Shown here piece by piece: positions 19,246-29,795 of a DNA stretch of 64,000 bases. Each line of letters starts with the position of its first letter. Within the stretch, counting starts at the first letter, position 1. The position numbers and the translations under genes are program-made. Location: the NCBI GenBank assembly GCA_050175015.1, contig JBFXJJ010000013.1:1-64000 (forward strand). The letters run 5' to 3'. The notes under the pieces were generated by a model that saw only the letters and a list, made by a program, of their open reading frames with translations, had not been told where the DNA came from and did no database searches. The stretch is from Alphaproteobacteria bacterium. GTDB lineage: Bacteria; Pseudomonadota; Alphaproteobacteria; JBFXJJ01.

Positions 19246-20139
19246 TTAAAGCAAGGCTCCGCTTAAAATTCTAAATTCCTTTGTGGTGTTCCACATTTTT
19301 TTTAATTCATCAAAATTTTCATCTGGTTTTTGCATCATTTCTGCAAGCTTATCGATTTTGTGCAAATCCATCTCACTAATTTTAGGAAAATTCTCACAGT
19401 TGACCATTGGCGGCACGTGCAAATAGATTATTTCACTGTTCATTAAAGAGTGGAAATCATAAAAAAGTTCCCACGCGATAGGCATTAGCCCTTCAAAATT
19501 ACCAGCATTAAAAAATCTTTCGGGCGAAACTTCTTGGTTGCGGCTTTTGATCCAAGCATCGGCTGCAAAATCAAAAACTCCATCAGGAATATCATAAGGA
19601 TTAAAACTGATATAATCTTCTAAGCTGCCATCAACATCAATGGTAATCCAGCGTTTTTCTTGATATGACCAATATTGATTTATCCAATGGTCAAAGCTTT
19701 TATTCAATTTGTTGGGCATAAAATAGGGCGCAAAACCAGAGCGGACTCTTGTTGGAATACCTTTGGATTTTAAGATTGATGCGGTTAAAATAGCAACAAA
19801 CCTGCAAGTTACGATAATTTTGTTTTCTTCTTTGCGGTTTAATGTAAACCCTTTTTCATCTCTGCGGTATAGTTCCGAAATCATAGCTGAAGCAGATGGA
19901 AGGTTGTCATCTTCTGGCTGTCTGAACCAAGGAACTTTGTTCATATCGCCATAACGCAAGTCTTTATTCGTACCTGTGTTGCCATTTCTTAACGTTGCTC
20001 TATGGATACATTGCTTGCGTACCAATAGACCTATTTCTTCAATACTGTTTGGAAGGTCTTTTTTTAGCTTTTCACAATATAAGCCAGGATATGTAAATAA
20101 GCTGAAATTTAAATAATGGTCTAGAATTGAGGGCTGCAT
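19246..20139 (-). CDS. Transglutaminase-like domain protein
   Basis: Triad-like VTCRF..GIPTRVRSGFAPYF..DHWINQYW..RWITID. Confidence 0.8.
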   Translation of the reverse strand: MQPSILDHYLNFSLFTYPGLYCEKLKKDLPNSIEEIGLLVRKQCIHRATLRNGNTGTNKDLRYGDMNKVPWFRQPEDDNLPSASAMISELYRRDEKGFTLNRKEENKIIVTCRFVAILTASILKSKGIPTRVRSGFAPYFMPNKLNKSFDHWINQYWSYQEKRWITIDVDGSLEDYISFNPYDIPDGVFDFAADAWIKSRNQEVSPERFFNAGNFEGLMPIAWELFYDFHSLMNSEIIYLHVPPMVNCENFPKISEMDLHKIDKLAEMMQKPDENFDELKKMWNTTKEFRILSGALL

Positions 20140-20156
20140 TTTTTTAGTTTAATCGG

Positions 20157-21320
20157 TTATTTTTTATCAAAAGTTTCAATAAAGGCTTTTTTCTTAGAAG
20201 CGTCGTAACCAATTAAAATCTTTCCTTTTTTTAAGAGTAGAGCATCTTTGCCAAACAACTCTCTGCGCCAGCCCTTAAGGGCGGGGACATCGGCACTATC
20301 GTTTTCGGCAATAAGTTCAATATCATTTTTGACAGCTATCATTTTGGTAGCAACGTTGTGCATACCGCACTTGATGCTTAAAAGCATCATTAAAAGTTCG
20401 GTAATTTGTTCTAGTGATTTATCTTTCTTGTGGAATGGTTCAGGCTGTGGCATATCTTTTTCATTATAGCTTAAGCCCTTTTTTACGGCGTCAACTATAT
20501 CTGAGCCAAATTTTCCATCGGCAATGCCGTTTGGAATTCCTCTCAAAGATTTTAATTCACTTAAACTTGTTGGCTGAGCTGCTGAAATTTCAAGAAGCTG
20601 CTCGTCTTTTAAGATGTGGCGGCGTGGTTTATCAATCTCAATGGCTTTAACTTCACGCCATTTAGCAAGTTCTTTTAAAACGGCAAGCTGTTTTGGTGAA
20701 GTTGAGCTCGTCTTAATTTTGAGCCAAGCCTTTTCGGGATTAATAAGGTAGGTTTTAGGATTGGTTATTATTGCCATTTCCTCATCAAGCCAACTTGTGC
20801 GGTTGTTTTTTTCAACTTCTTCCTTAATTTGCTCATAGATATTTCTTAAATAAGTAACATCAGCTAAGGCATATTTAAGCTGATTTTCAGAAAGAGGACG
20901 TTTTGACCAATCTGAAAAACGCATTCCCTTATCAATGTTTTTTCCTGTAACTGCAAAAACCAGTTTTTGATAGCTGATAGAATCGCTGAAGCCGCAAACC
21001 ATTGCTGCAATTTGGGTGTCAAAAATAGGAGAGGGAATTTCTTTCATTAAATAGAAAAAAATTTCAATGTCCTGACGAGCAGAGTGAAAAACTTTAACGA
21101 TATTAGGGTTTTTCATAATATCGAATAAACTTGATAAATCAATATTGCTAGCTAAAGCATCAATACAGACAGCTTCATTTTTATTAGCAACCTGAATCAG
21201 GCAAAGTTTTGAGAAGAAGGTTTTTTCTCTCATAAACTCTAAGTCTACCGTAATATAAGGCGAACTTTCAATTCTACGGCAGAAACTTTCAAGCTCTTTT
21301 GTGTTACTAATCAAAGACAT
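20157..21320 (-). CDS. rnd: Ribonuclease D
   Basis: VDLEF, KVFHSARQD, FDTQIAA, SDWSKRPLS..YALADV, HRDC region; divergent from aspS. Confidence 0.95.
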   Translation of the reverse strand: MSLISNTKELESFCRRIESSPYITVDLEFMREKTFFSKLCLIQVANKNEAVCIDALASNIDLSSLFDIMKNPNIVKVFHSARQDIEIFFYLMKEIPSPIFDTQIAAMVCGFSDSISYQKLVFAVTGKNIDKGMRFSDWSKRPLSENQLKYALADVTYLRNIYEQIKEEVEKNNRTSWLDEEMAIITNPKTYLINPEKAWLKIKTSSTSPKQLAVLKELAKWREVKAIEIDKPRRHILKDEQLLEISAAQPTSLSELKSLRGIPNGIADGKFGSDIVDAVKKGLSYNEKDMPQPEPFHKKDKSLEQITELLMMLLSIKCGMHNVATKMIAVKNDIELIAENDSADVPALKGWRRELFGKDALLLKKGKILIGYDASKKKAFIETFDKK

Positions 21321-21471
21321 AATTCTATGCTATACAACCTCATAATAAAAATCGCAAGTAAGAATATTTGTTGACAATAAGAAAAGTTTTTTGTTTCCTG
21401 CTTGTTGTCTTGTTTTATTTAGTTTAAAAATAGTCAAATAAAAAGTTTATAACTAAAAATTTAAGGAAAGA

Positions 21472-23262
21472 ATGATGCATTGCTATCGAAGTCATAATTG
21501 TGATGAGTTAAGAGCCAAAGATTCTGGCAAACAAGTAAAATTATCAGGTTGGGTTCACAGTAAGCGTGACCATGGAAATTTGCTTTTCATCGATTTAAGA
21601 GATCACTATGGTATAACTCAATGTGTTATTGATATTTCTTCTAATGTTTTTAAAACTTTGGAACATATCCGCTTAGAAAGTGTGATTTGTGTTACAGGTA
21701 AGGTTGTAATTCGTGTTGGTGACAATATCAATCCTAAGATTACAACAGGGGAAATTGAGATTCAGGTTGATGAAGTTGAGGTGTTATCTGAAGCTGCTAT
21801 GCTTCCAATCCAGGTTTCTGGTGAACACGACTTCCCAGAAGATTTGAGACTCCGCTATCGTTTTCTAGACTTGAGAAGAGAAAAAGTTCACAAAAATATG
21901 ATTCTTCGTTCTCAAGTAATTTCTTCTATCAGAAAGAGAATGATAGATCAGGGCTTTATGGAATATCAAACTCCTATTCTCACCGCATCTTCACCAGAAG
22001 GCGCTCGAGATTTCTTGGTTCCAAGCCGTTTGCATCCTGGAAAATTTTATGCTTTGCCGCAAGCTCCACAGCAATTTAAACAGCTTTTGATGGTTTCTGG
22101 TTTTGACAGATATTTCCAAATTGCTCCTTGTTTCCGTGATGAGGACAGCCGTGCGGACAGGTCTCCAGGTGAATTCTATCAGCTTGATTTCGAAATGGCT
22201 TTTGTTACTCAAGACGATGTTTTTGAAGCTATTGAACCTGTTTTAGCTGGTATCTTTGAGGAATTTTCTAAAGATAAAAAAATAACCAAACCACCGTTTG
22301 TTAGAATCCCTTATAGAGAATCAATGCTTAAATATGGAAGTGACAAACCTGATTTGAGAAATCCTTTGGTTATTTCTGATGTTTCAGAAATCTTTAGAGG
22401 TTCAGGTTTTGGTTTCTTTGCAAATGCTGTTGAAAAAGGACATATTGTCAGAGCTATTCCAGCGCCCGATGCTTCAACCAGACCAAGAAGCTGGTTTGAT
22501 AAATTAAATGATTGGGCTAAAGAAACTGGCAATGGCGGTTTAGCTTATATTAATTTTGCTGTTGATGGGGCAAAAGGTCCTATTGCTAAAAACCTTGATG
22601 AAGACCGTATCAACCAAATTAAAACTTTAACAGGTGTTAAAGATGGCGATGCTCTTTTCTTTATATGTGGAGAGAAGAAAAAGGCTGAAAGTTTTGCTGG
22701 CACAGTTAGGACGAGGCTTTGCCAAGACCTTGATTTGCTCGAGAAAGATGCTTTCAAATTCTGTTGGATTGTTGATTTCCCAATGTTTGAGCAGAATGAA
22801 GAAACTGGAGCTATTGAGTTCAGCCATAACCCATTCTCAATGCCACAAGGCGGACTAGACGCTCTTTTGAACAAGGATCCTTTGGATATTTTGGCATATC
22901 AGTATGATATTGTTTGTAACGGCATTGAGCTTTCTTCTGGTGCGATTAGAAACCATTTACCAGAAATTATGTACAAAGCTTTTGAAATTGCTGGCTATGG
23001 CAAAGAAGTTGTTGAAAACAAATTTGGCGGTATGTTGAATGCCTTTAAGTATGGAGCTCCTCCACACGGTGGCTCTGCTCCAGGTATTGACCGTATCGTG
23101 ATGCTGTTAGCCGATGAACCTAACATTAGAGAAGTTATTTTATTCCCAATGAATCAGAAAGCTGAAGATTTGCTTATGCAGGCACCTTCAGAAGCTACGG
23201 AAAAGCAATTAAGAGAACTTCACATTAAGATTAATGTGCCTCCTAAAGCTTCAACAAAATAA
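21472..23262 (+). CDS. aspS: Aspartate-tRNA ligase
   Basis: [42 protein letters not shown]. Confidence 0.97.
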   Translation: MMHCYRSHNCDELRAKDSGKQVKLSGWVHSKRDHGNLLFIDLRDHYGITQCVIDISSNVFKTLEHIRLESVICVTGKVVIRVGDNINPKITTGEIEIQVDEVEVLSEAAMLPIQVSGEHDFPEDLRLRYRFLDLRREKVHKNMILRSQVISSIRKRMIDQGFMEYQTPILTASSPEGARDFLVPSRLHPGKFYALPQAPQQFKQLLMVSGFDRYFQIAPCFRDEDSRADRSPGEFYQLDFEMAFVTQDDVFEAIEPVLAGIFEEFSKDKKITKPPFVRIPYRESMLKYGSDKPDLRNPLVISDVSEIFRGSGFGFFANAVEKGHIVRAIPAPDASTRPRSWFDKLNDWAKETGNGGLAYINFAVDGAKGPIAKNLDEDRINQIKTLTGVKDGDALFFICGEKKKAESFAGTVRTRLCQDLDLLEKDAFKFCWIVDFPMFEQNEETGAIEFSHNPFSMPQGGLDALLNKDPLDILAYQYDIVCNGIELSSGAIRNHLPEIMYKAFEIAGYGKEVVENKFGGMLNAFKYGAPPHGGSAPGIDRIVMLLADEPNIREVILFPMNQKAEDLLMQAPSEATEKQLRELHIKINVPPKASTK

Positions 23263-23285
23263 CTTTTTTTGTTAAATAATGTTTT

Positions 23286-23320
23286 AAAAAGCAGTCTGAT
23301 AATATTCAGGCTGCTTTTTT
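23286..23320 (+). terminator. Intrinsic terminator after aspS
   Basis: AAAAAGCAGTCTGA..TCAGGCTGCTTTTTT. Confidence 0.75.
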
Positions 23321-23528
23321 ATATGTTCTAAGCACAAGATAATGCTTTACAGATTAAGAATTTTTTCAAAAAATTCTTAACAATCCTTAAAATTATTTTT
23401 AAAAAAGTTTTACTTTTGCTTTTGCCGTAAAACAAAGTTATGAACGTTAATTTTCATATAAACAAATGAAAGATGCTTTAAAATCTTTGCCAGTAAAAAA
23501 AGTTTTCTTAATTTAGGCTTTCTAGTTT

Positions 23529-24782
23529 TTAACCGATTTTGGATTTTGTTATTAAGAAAGCGTTGTCAATTGCTTGCAAAGTTCTATTAAGTTCAGCTTG
23601 AGAATGTCTGTAGCAGATATACCCGTGATGATAAGGTTGCAAAAAGATTCCTTGTCTAATGAGCTGGGTATAAAATTCGTTACGGCGTTTTTTATAGATG
23701 CCATCTTCAGTCTTATCAAAGGTGATATAAAACATTAAACCTGTACCGCTGAGCCTTGCTCCTAAATTATGTTTATCTATAACGGTTTGTATCTTTTGAT
23801 AAAAATCTTTGCCCGTGTTCCACATTTTATCAAGAACACAATCACGGCGCAAAATTTCAACTGTTTTTAATGCCGCAACATAGCTATCACTGTTAGGGAA
23901 AAAGGTTGAAGATATAAAAACGTCTTTTTCTCCTTTCATCATAATTTCACGCTTACCGCATAGAGCTCCTATGGCATATCCATTTGCCATAGCCTTACCA
24001 AATGTGGATAAATCAGGGGTTACACCATAATATTTCTGGGCTCCGCCAAGAGACATTCTAAAACCTGTTCGGATTTCATCAAAAATCAAAACAACCCCAT
24101 ATTCATCGGCAAGTTTTCTAACGCCTTCTAAAAAGCCATCTTTAGGGTCTTGCATAGGAAGAGCTGTCGGGTGTCCGTAAGGTGTAACGATAATGGCTGC
24201 GGTATCATCTTTATGGGTTTTAAGAAGATTTTCTAGTTCATCTAGCTTGTTATAATGAAACTCAAACACATCTTCATAAAGCTTTTCTGGTACGCCGCCT
24301 TTAACTTCAACACACCAGTCGTGCCAGCCGTGATAGCCGCACCTGAGAATTTTTGTTTTTCCGGTATACCCTCTAGCCATTCTAACAGCGCAGGTTGTCG
24401 CATCAGAACCCGTTTTAACAAATATGGTCATTTCGGCGCAAGGGATAAGCTCTTTTAGAATAGAGGCTAATTCGTTTTGATATTCTTGAGTAAGAGAAAA
24501 ACAAAATCCTTTATCTCTTATTTGTTTAATTACCGCTTCATCAACTTCTTCTTCACGGTATCCTAAAATAATTGGACCATAAGCACACAGAAAATCAATA
24601 TATTCATTACCATCAATATCTATAACTCTGCCACCTTTACCACTTTCAAAATAAATAGGATATTCGCCTTCAACAAAGTTATAAGGCCGTCTAATTCCTA
24701 AAACCGCTCCTGGAATAATTTTTTTAGCATTTTCGTAAGTCGTCAGAGATTTATTAAGATTTAATTTTGGAAATTCGAGCAT
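23529..24782 (-). CDS. kat: Class III aminotransferase, probable 3-aminobutyryl-CoA aminotransferase
   Basis: PLP fold (LIFDEIRTGFR, STFGKAMANG). N-terminus GIRRPYNFVEGEYPI and GYHGWHDWCVEVKGG match my recollection of Cloacimonas Kat rather than HemL; 3 kb from a lysine cluster lacking kal. Confidence 0.75.
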   Translation of the reverse strand: MLEFPKLNLNKSLTTYENAKKIIPGAVLGIRRPYNFVEGEYPIYFESGKGGRVIDIDGNEYIDFLCAYGPIILGYREEEVDEAVIKQIRDKGFCFSLTQEYQNELASILKELIPCAEMTIFVKTGSDATTCAVRMARGYTGKTKILRCGYHGWHDWCVEVKGGVPEKLYEDVFEFHYNKLDELENLLKTHKDDTAAIIVTPYGHPTALPMQDPKDGFLEGVRKLADEYGVVLIFDEIRTGFRMSLGGAQKYYGVTPDLSTFGKAMANGYAIGALCGKREIMMKGEKDVFISSTFFPNSDSYVAALKTVEILRRDCVLDKMWNTGKDFYQKIQTVIDKHNLGARLSGTGLMFYITFDKTEDGIYKKRRNEFYTQLIRQGIFLQPYHHGYICYRHSQAELNRTLQAIDNAFLITKSKIG

Positions 24783-24850
24783 TTTAAACTCCTAATTAAT
24801 AAGAGATTTAGTTAAGAAAATTTAAGTAACGATTAGATGCCAGTCTAAGA

Positions 24851-26746
24851 CTACTCAGAAGGTTGAGCCTGATTTTTATCAGTTTCCATTGTCGAAGTCT
24901 TGCCATTTGTTTGTTCTGTTGCCGCTGTTCCAGAGTTGTTTGCGCCTGTTGTGTTATAAACATCGGAACCAGCTGATGAATCATTGTTAATAAAGGTTGC
25001 ATCATCAGGATTAACAACCGGCGTTGTTACAAAGCCTGAATCGGGTTCATTGGTTTCATCATCAACTAAAGGCTCACTTCCAGTGATTTTAGGTTCAGGA
25101 ACAGGCATAAATAAAACTTTTCCAGGAGGCAGAACTTCTTTTGGTTTTACCTTTTGCGGCATTAATTGTCTTGGTGCTTTTTCGTGAGGAATACAATTGA
25201 AGTTTTGATCACAAACGTTAGGATTCAAGCACAACATAGAACTATATCCAATAGAATGGCACGGTTTGCACGCATTATTGCGCCAGTAAGGCAAGTATTC
25301 TGGGCAAGAAGCACAAATTGCACCGCCTCTAGTATCACATTCCGAGCATTCGAAGTTGCCGTTGCATTGGTAGCCCTCACGCAGGCAGTGATCGCTTACG
25401 CCCATAGGAGAGTGGCAAGGACGGCAAGCCCCATTACGCCAGTAAGGCATATTTTCAGGGCAAGAAGGACAGGTTGCGGTATCATTGCGATCGCATTCTG
25501 AACACTCATAATTTGAGTTACAGTTGCGTCCTGCTGACTTACAGAAATCACTTGTTCCTCTTGCGGAGTGGCAAGGTCTACAGAAACCGTTGCGCCAATA
25601 AGGAGCATCTTTCGGACATAATGGACAGGTCTTGGTACCAGTTATATCGCAGTTAACGCAATCATAATTCTTGTTGCAGGCATTGCCTTCTTTATGGCAG
25701 AAATCGCTTGTGCCACCTGTGTTTTCATAGCAAGGCTTGCATTCGCCGTTACGCCAGTAAGGAGCATCTTTCGGACATAATGGGCAAGTATTGGTTCCAA
25801 TGGTTTCACATTCAACGCATTCATAGTCTGTGCCGCAATAATGACCATCAGCCTTGCAGAATTGACTGAGACCTTTTTTAGCATTACAAGGTCTGCAGAA
25901 GCCATCACGCCAGTAAGGGGCTTCTTCTGGACACAGGGCACAGGTTGCTGTTCCCGTTTCATCGCATTCTTTAGGCTGTGTAACATAGTTAAGGTTGCGA
26001 TCAGCTTTGAACATCTTATTGCGTGATAAACCATCTTTAACAAAGCGCATTAAAATATAACCAACTTTACCGCCATAAGCAGTTCCTGAAGCTCCTATAG
26101 AGTAGTGAGCTCCAATAAGACCATAATCTAAATCAATGAAATCAACACTGTAAACGGTTGTCATTACAGAGCTGCCAACTGTTGTTAAGCGGCATTCATG
26201 TCCTGTTGCATCTTCCATAATAATTTGATCTGGAGAATTAACAGATATTACAGTTTTTGAAGGTCTGCAGCTCGGAGTAATACCGTTAAAATAGTATTTG
26301 TAACCGATTATTAATTCAATTTTTTGTTCAGCGCGAAGAAGTCTAACATCTGATAAATCTGCTGAATCTACGAAGATGTTTCCTGGGGTTATTCCAGCTT
26401 TTACGGGATAAGAAATAAAATTATCATAACATTTATGGTGAATTTCATCAGCTTCGCAAAGCAAAACCGTGGAGTAAACATTAGTATCAAAGAAATACCA
26501 TAGAGTATTAAAGATAAATTCACGATTGTTTAGTTTGTTGGTTGCAACGCACTGATGTGAACGGCAAAGCATTATAGCGTCAGGGGTTCTGGAAAAAATG
26601 GGAGAAGGGGGTAAACTTGAGTGAACCTCATCAAGAAAAACCGCGGTATCATCGTAACCATAAGGAGCCTGATAACAGGAAGCCATTATCAAAGCTAGAA
26701 CTAAAACACATAATTTTTTTGAGTATTTCTTTAACCCAGAAGTCAT
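24851..26746 (-). CDS. Lipoprotein with five tandem Cys-rich PYWR repeats and low-complexity tail
   Basis: KKYSKK-hydrophobic-IMAS/C lipobox-like signal; unknown N domain; 5 repeats; Pro/Thr/Asn-rich tail. ATG at 26746 preferred to TTG at 26794. Confidence 0.75.
   Translation of the reverse strand: MTSGLKKYSKKLCVLVLALIMASCYQAPYGYDDTAVFLDEVHSSLPPSPIFSRTPDAIMLCRSHQCVATNKLNNREFIFNTLWYFFDTNVYSTVLLCEADEIHHKCYDNFISYPVKAGITPGNIFVDSADLSDVRLLRAEQKIELIIGYKYYFNGITPSCRPSKTVISVNSPDQIIMEDATGHECRLTTVGSSVMTTVYSVDFIDLDYGLIGAHYSIGASGTAYGGKVGYILMRFVKDGLSRNKMFKADRNLNYVTQPKECDETGTATCALCPEEAPYWRDGFCRPCNAKKGLSQFCKADGHYCGTDYECVECETIGTNTCPLCPKDAPYWRNGECKPCYENTGGTSDFCHKEGNACNKNYDCVNCDITGTKTCPLCPKDAPYWRNGFCRPCHSARGTSDFCKSAGRNCNSNYECSECDRNDTATCPSCPENMPYWRNGACRPCHSPMGVSDHCLREGYQCNGNFECSECDTRGGAICASCPEYLPYWRNNACKPCHSIGYSSMLCLNPNVCDQNFNCIPHEKAPRQLMPQKVKPKEVLPPGKVLFMPVPEPKITGSEPLVDDETNEPDSGFVTTPVVNPDDATFINNDSSAGSDVYNTTGANNSGTAATEQTNGKTSTMETDKNQAQPSE
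25187..25966 (-). repeat. 5 x ~52-aa coding repeat with 8 Cys each
   Basis: C-x7-C-x2-CP-x3-PYWR-x3-C(R/K)PC-..-C-..-C-..-C read directly from the translation. Confidence 0.92.
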
Positions 26747-26901
26747 AAAAATATATTTCCACAAACTTAAAGTTTTATTATCTTTTAAGCACAATAATTT
26801 GTTATTATAATTTTTTCAATCTACTAAATTTTTCAATCTACAATAAATGCTATTTCAATAAAATTCTATATATTTTTTTAATTTATACGGAGGCTTTCAA
26901 A

Positions 26902-27807
26902 GTGATTACGGTTTTTGGTTCTATAAATGCTGACTTTATTTTGGCTCTTAAAGATTTTCCTGCCCCTAAAGAGACGGTTTTGTGCCCGTCATATGAGATA
27001 AAAATTGGGGGAAAAGGTGCTAATCAAGCGGCAGCAGCTTCTCTTTCTGGTGGAAGTGTTGAAATGTTTGGAACTGTTGGCCGTGACGATTTTGGTAGTT
27101 TTGCAAAAGGAAAAATGGCTCATAAAGGTGTTGATATTTCTAACATTAAGGAAGGTGATGCGCCAACAGCGGTTGCGATAGTTATGGTTGATAGCAAGGG
27201 TGAAAACTCAATCGTAGTGGCATCTGGAGCTAATCTTTTATCAAAAGCCGAAGATGTTCCAGATGAAGCTTTGAGCAATGACAAGGTTTTGGTTTTGCAA
27301 ATGGAAGTTTCTAAAGAGGAAAATTTTAAACTTTTAAAAAGAGCCAAAAAGTTAGGCGCCAAAACCATTTTGAATGTTGCTCCCGCTGCGGAACTTCCTA
27401 ATGATATTCTGCCTTTCGTTGACTACTTGATAGTTAATGAGGTTGAAGCTTTGATGGTCGCTAAAAGCCTTAAAATCAAAGGAAGTGATATTGCTGTGAT
27501 TTTAAAGAAAATATCAGAGGTTTCTAAAGGCGTATGTATAGCGACTCTTGGTGGCGATGGTGTTTTAGCGGTTTCTGATAAGGAAGAAATAAAAGTTGAA
27601 GCCATAAAAATAAAACCTGTTGATACAACGGGGGCTGGCGATGCTTTTGTCGGCATTTTTGCTGCGGCGGTTGATGAGGGGCTTAATTTAAAAGATGCCT
27701 TAAAAAGAGCCTCGGTTGGAGCCTCGCTTGCTTGTCTTGGTCTAGGCGCCCAAGAAGCTCTTCCCACAAGAAACGATATTTTAGTAAAAATAGCTGAAGA
27801 GGCTTAA
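26902..27807 (+). CDS. rbsK: Ribokinase (PfkB family)
   Basis: GSINAD, GGKGANQA, GENSIVVASGAN, LQME, NEVE, DTTGAGDAF. Confidence 0.88.
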   Translation: MITVFGSINADFILALKDFPAPKETVLCPSYEIKIGGKGANQAAAASLSGGSVEMFGTVGRDDFGSFAKGKMAHKGVDISNIKEGDAPTAVAIVMVDSKGENSIVVASGANLLSKAEDVPDEALSNDKVLVLQMEVSKEENFKLLKRAKKLGAKTILNVAPAAELPNDILPFVDYLIVNEVEALMVAKSLKIKGSDIAVILKKISEVSKGVCIATLGGDGVLAVSDKEEIKVEAIKIKPVDTTGAGDAFVGIFAAAVDEGLNLKDALKRASVGASLACLGLGAQEALPTRNDILVKIAEEA

Positions 27808-27881
27808 AAAATCTTTCTTGAATCCTGCTTTTGAAGAGAATAGCATCAAACATTAAATTTAATTATCTAAAGAGGAAATAT

Positions 27882-28940
27882 ATGAACAATATTACAGAGA
27901 AAAAAAACGGCTGTCCGTTCGGTTCACACCGTGTTTTAGAGCCTAAAGGTCTTTTGCCGCAGGCAGCAGTGAAGCTTAATAATGATATGTCAACGATTTA
28001 CTCTAATGAGATATTGATTGATGTTGAAACTCTTAATATTGATTCTGCAAGTTTTCATCAAATATCCGAATCGGTTGGCGGTGATGATGCTCTTATTATG
28101 AAAAGAGTTAAAGAAATAGTTGCAACCAAAGGAAAACATCAAAATCCTGTAACAGGATCAGGCGGTGTTTTAATTGGAAAAGTTGCTAAAATCGGCTCTG
28201 ATTTAGAAGGCAAAGTTAAAGTAAAAGTTGGCGATACTATTGTTACGCTGGTTTCTTTGTCATTAACACCCCTTAGAATTGATGAAACTTTATGCGTTCG
28301 TAAAGATATGGATCAAGTAGATGTTAAAGGGCAGGCAATTTTATTTGAAAAAACCGTTTATGCCAAACTTCCAGAAGATCTGCCAAGAGGCATTGCTCTT
28401 TCAGTTTTAGATGTTGCTGGGGCTCCAGCTCAAGTCGAAAGATTAGTAAAAAAAGGCGATAAAGTATTAATTCTAGGAGCTGGCGGCAAGTCTGGAATGC
28501 TCTGTTCCTATGTAGCCAAAAAGATGTCAGGCAAAGAAGGTTTGGTAATAGGAAATACCCATTCCCCATCTTCGACAGAAAGATTAAAAAAACTTGGCAT
28601 CTGCGATTACGTTTTTGCCGCAGACTGTACTAAACCCCTTGATATTTATCAGAAAATCTATGAATTAACTGATGGTAAAATGGTTGATGTTGCTATTAAC
28701 TGCGTTAACATTGAAGGAAGCGAAATGGCAACTATTCTTCCTGTGCGTCAACGTGGTGTTGTTTATTTCTTTAGTATGGCAACAAGTTTTACCAGAGCGG
28801 CGCTAGGTGCTGAGGGTTACGGTTTTGATGTCGATATGATTATAGGGAACGGATTTGCCGAAAATCACGGTAATATTTCCTTAGATGTTTTAAGGGAATC
28901 TAAGGAATTAAGAGATGTTTTTGAGAAACTCTTTGTGTGA
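27882..28940 (+). CDS. kdd: L-erythro-3,5-diaminohexanoate dehydrogenase
   Basis: GCPFGSHRVLEPKG.LPQAA, LNIDSASF, GKHQNPVTGSGG, TLVSLSLTPL, FFSMATSF; ATG at 27882 after AGAGGA. Confidence 0.93.
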   Translation: MNNITEKKNGCPFGSHRVLEPKGLLPQAAVKLNNDMSTIYSNEILIDVETLNIDSASFHQISESVGGDDALIMKRVKEIVATKGKHQNPVTGSGGVLIGKVAKIGSDLEGKVKVKVGDTIVTLVSLSLTPLRIDETLCVRKDMDQVDVKGQAILFEKTVYAKLPEDLPRGIALSVLDVAGAPAQVERLVKKGDKVLILGAGGKSGMLCSYVAKKMSGKEGLVIGNTHSPSSTERLKKLGICDYVFAADCTKPLDIYQKIYELTDGKMVDVAINCVNIEGSEMATILPVRQRGVVYFFSMATSFTRAALGAEGYGFDVDMIIGNGFAENHGNISLDVLRESKELRDVFEKLFV

Positions 28941-28957
28941 TTTTTGAGGCAGTTAAT

Positions 28958-29782
28958 ATGAATAAGACGATTATTACTTGTGCGGTATGCGGAGCCGAAA
29001 CCACCAGAGAGCAAAACCCAAATCTTCCAATTACGCCAGATGAAATAGCCGCAGCAGCTTTGGAAGCTAGAAAGGCTGGAGCCGCTATTTTACATTTGCA
29101 CGTAAGAAAAAACGATGGTTCGCCAACGCAGGATATTGAAGTTTTTAAAGAAGCTATCAAAAAAATTAGGGATTTAACCGATTTAGTAATAGAAGTAACC
29201 ACGGGCGGGGCTGTTGGTATGAGCCTTGAAGAAAGGCTTATGCCGTTAAAGTTAAAACCTGAAATGGCATCGCTCGATTGTGGAACGGTCAATTTTGGCG
29301 ATGACTACATCATCAATACAATGCCGATGATGCGTGATGCGGCCAAAGAAATGAATAAATATGAGGTTCGTCCAACGATTGAATGTTTTGATATTTCTCA
29401 TATTGATGCATCTAAGATATTGATAAGAGAAGGATTAATTGAAGCTCCACTGCATTATGGCTTAGTTTTTAATGTGCCATCTGCTGTTCGGTATGATGCT
29501 GAGACTTTATCTTTTTTTGTTAAAAGGCTTCCCGAAGGAGCAAATTGGACGGCCGTAGGAGTAGGGGGAAAAGCTGCTCTTGAGGCTTCGGTTGGAGCCT
29601 TGGCTATGGGGGGAAATATTAGAGTAGGCTTTGAAGACAATGTCTATATGACCAAGGGTGTTCTTGCTCAAAGTAATGCAGAACTGGTTGAGCGGGCGGC
29701 AAAAATGATAACCGCTTGCGGCAATCTCGTGGCAACGCCAGATGATGTAAGAACAATGTTTAAAATTAAAAATAATATTTAA
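28958..29782 (+). CDS. kce: 3-keto-5-aminohexanoate cleavage enzyme (DUF849/BKACE)
   Basis: IITCAVCGAE..NPNLPITPDE, HLHVR, TTGGAVGM, RVGFEDN; follows kdd. ORF track start 28937. Confidence 0.92.
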   Translation: MNKTIITCAVCGAETTREQNPNLPITPDEIAAAALEARKAGAAILHLHVRKNDGSPTQDIEVFKEAIKKIRDLTDLVIEVTTGGAVGMSLEERLMPLKLKPEMASLDCGTVNFGDDYIINTMPMMRDAAKEMNKYEVRPTIECFDISHIDASKILIREGLIEAPLHYGLVFNVPSAVRYDAETLSFFVKRLPEGANWTAVGVGGKAALEASVGALAMGGNIRVGFEDNVYMTKGVLAQSNAELVERAAKMITACGNLVATPDDVRTMFKIKNNI

Positions 29783-29795
29783 AGTAGGTAGTAGT

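Noticed and set aside
23529-24782. Call as hemL (glutamate-1-semialdehyde aminomutase)
   Set aside because: Lacks HemL hallmarks such as PGGVNSPVR and YHGHxD; sequence and context fit Kat better.
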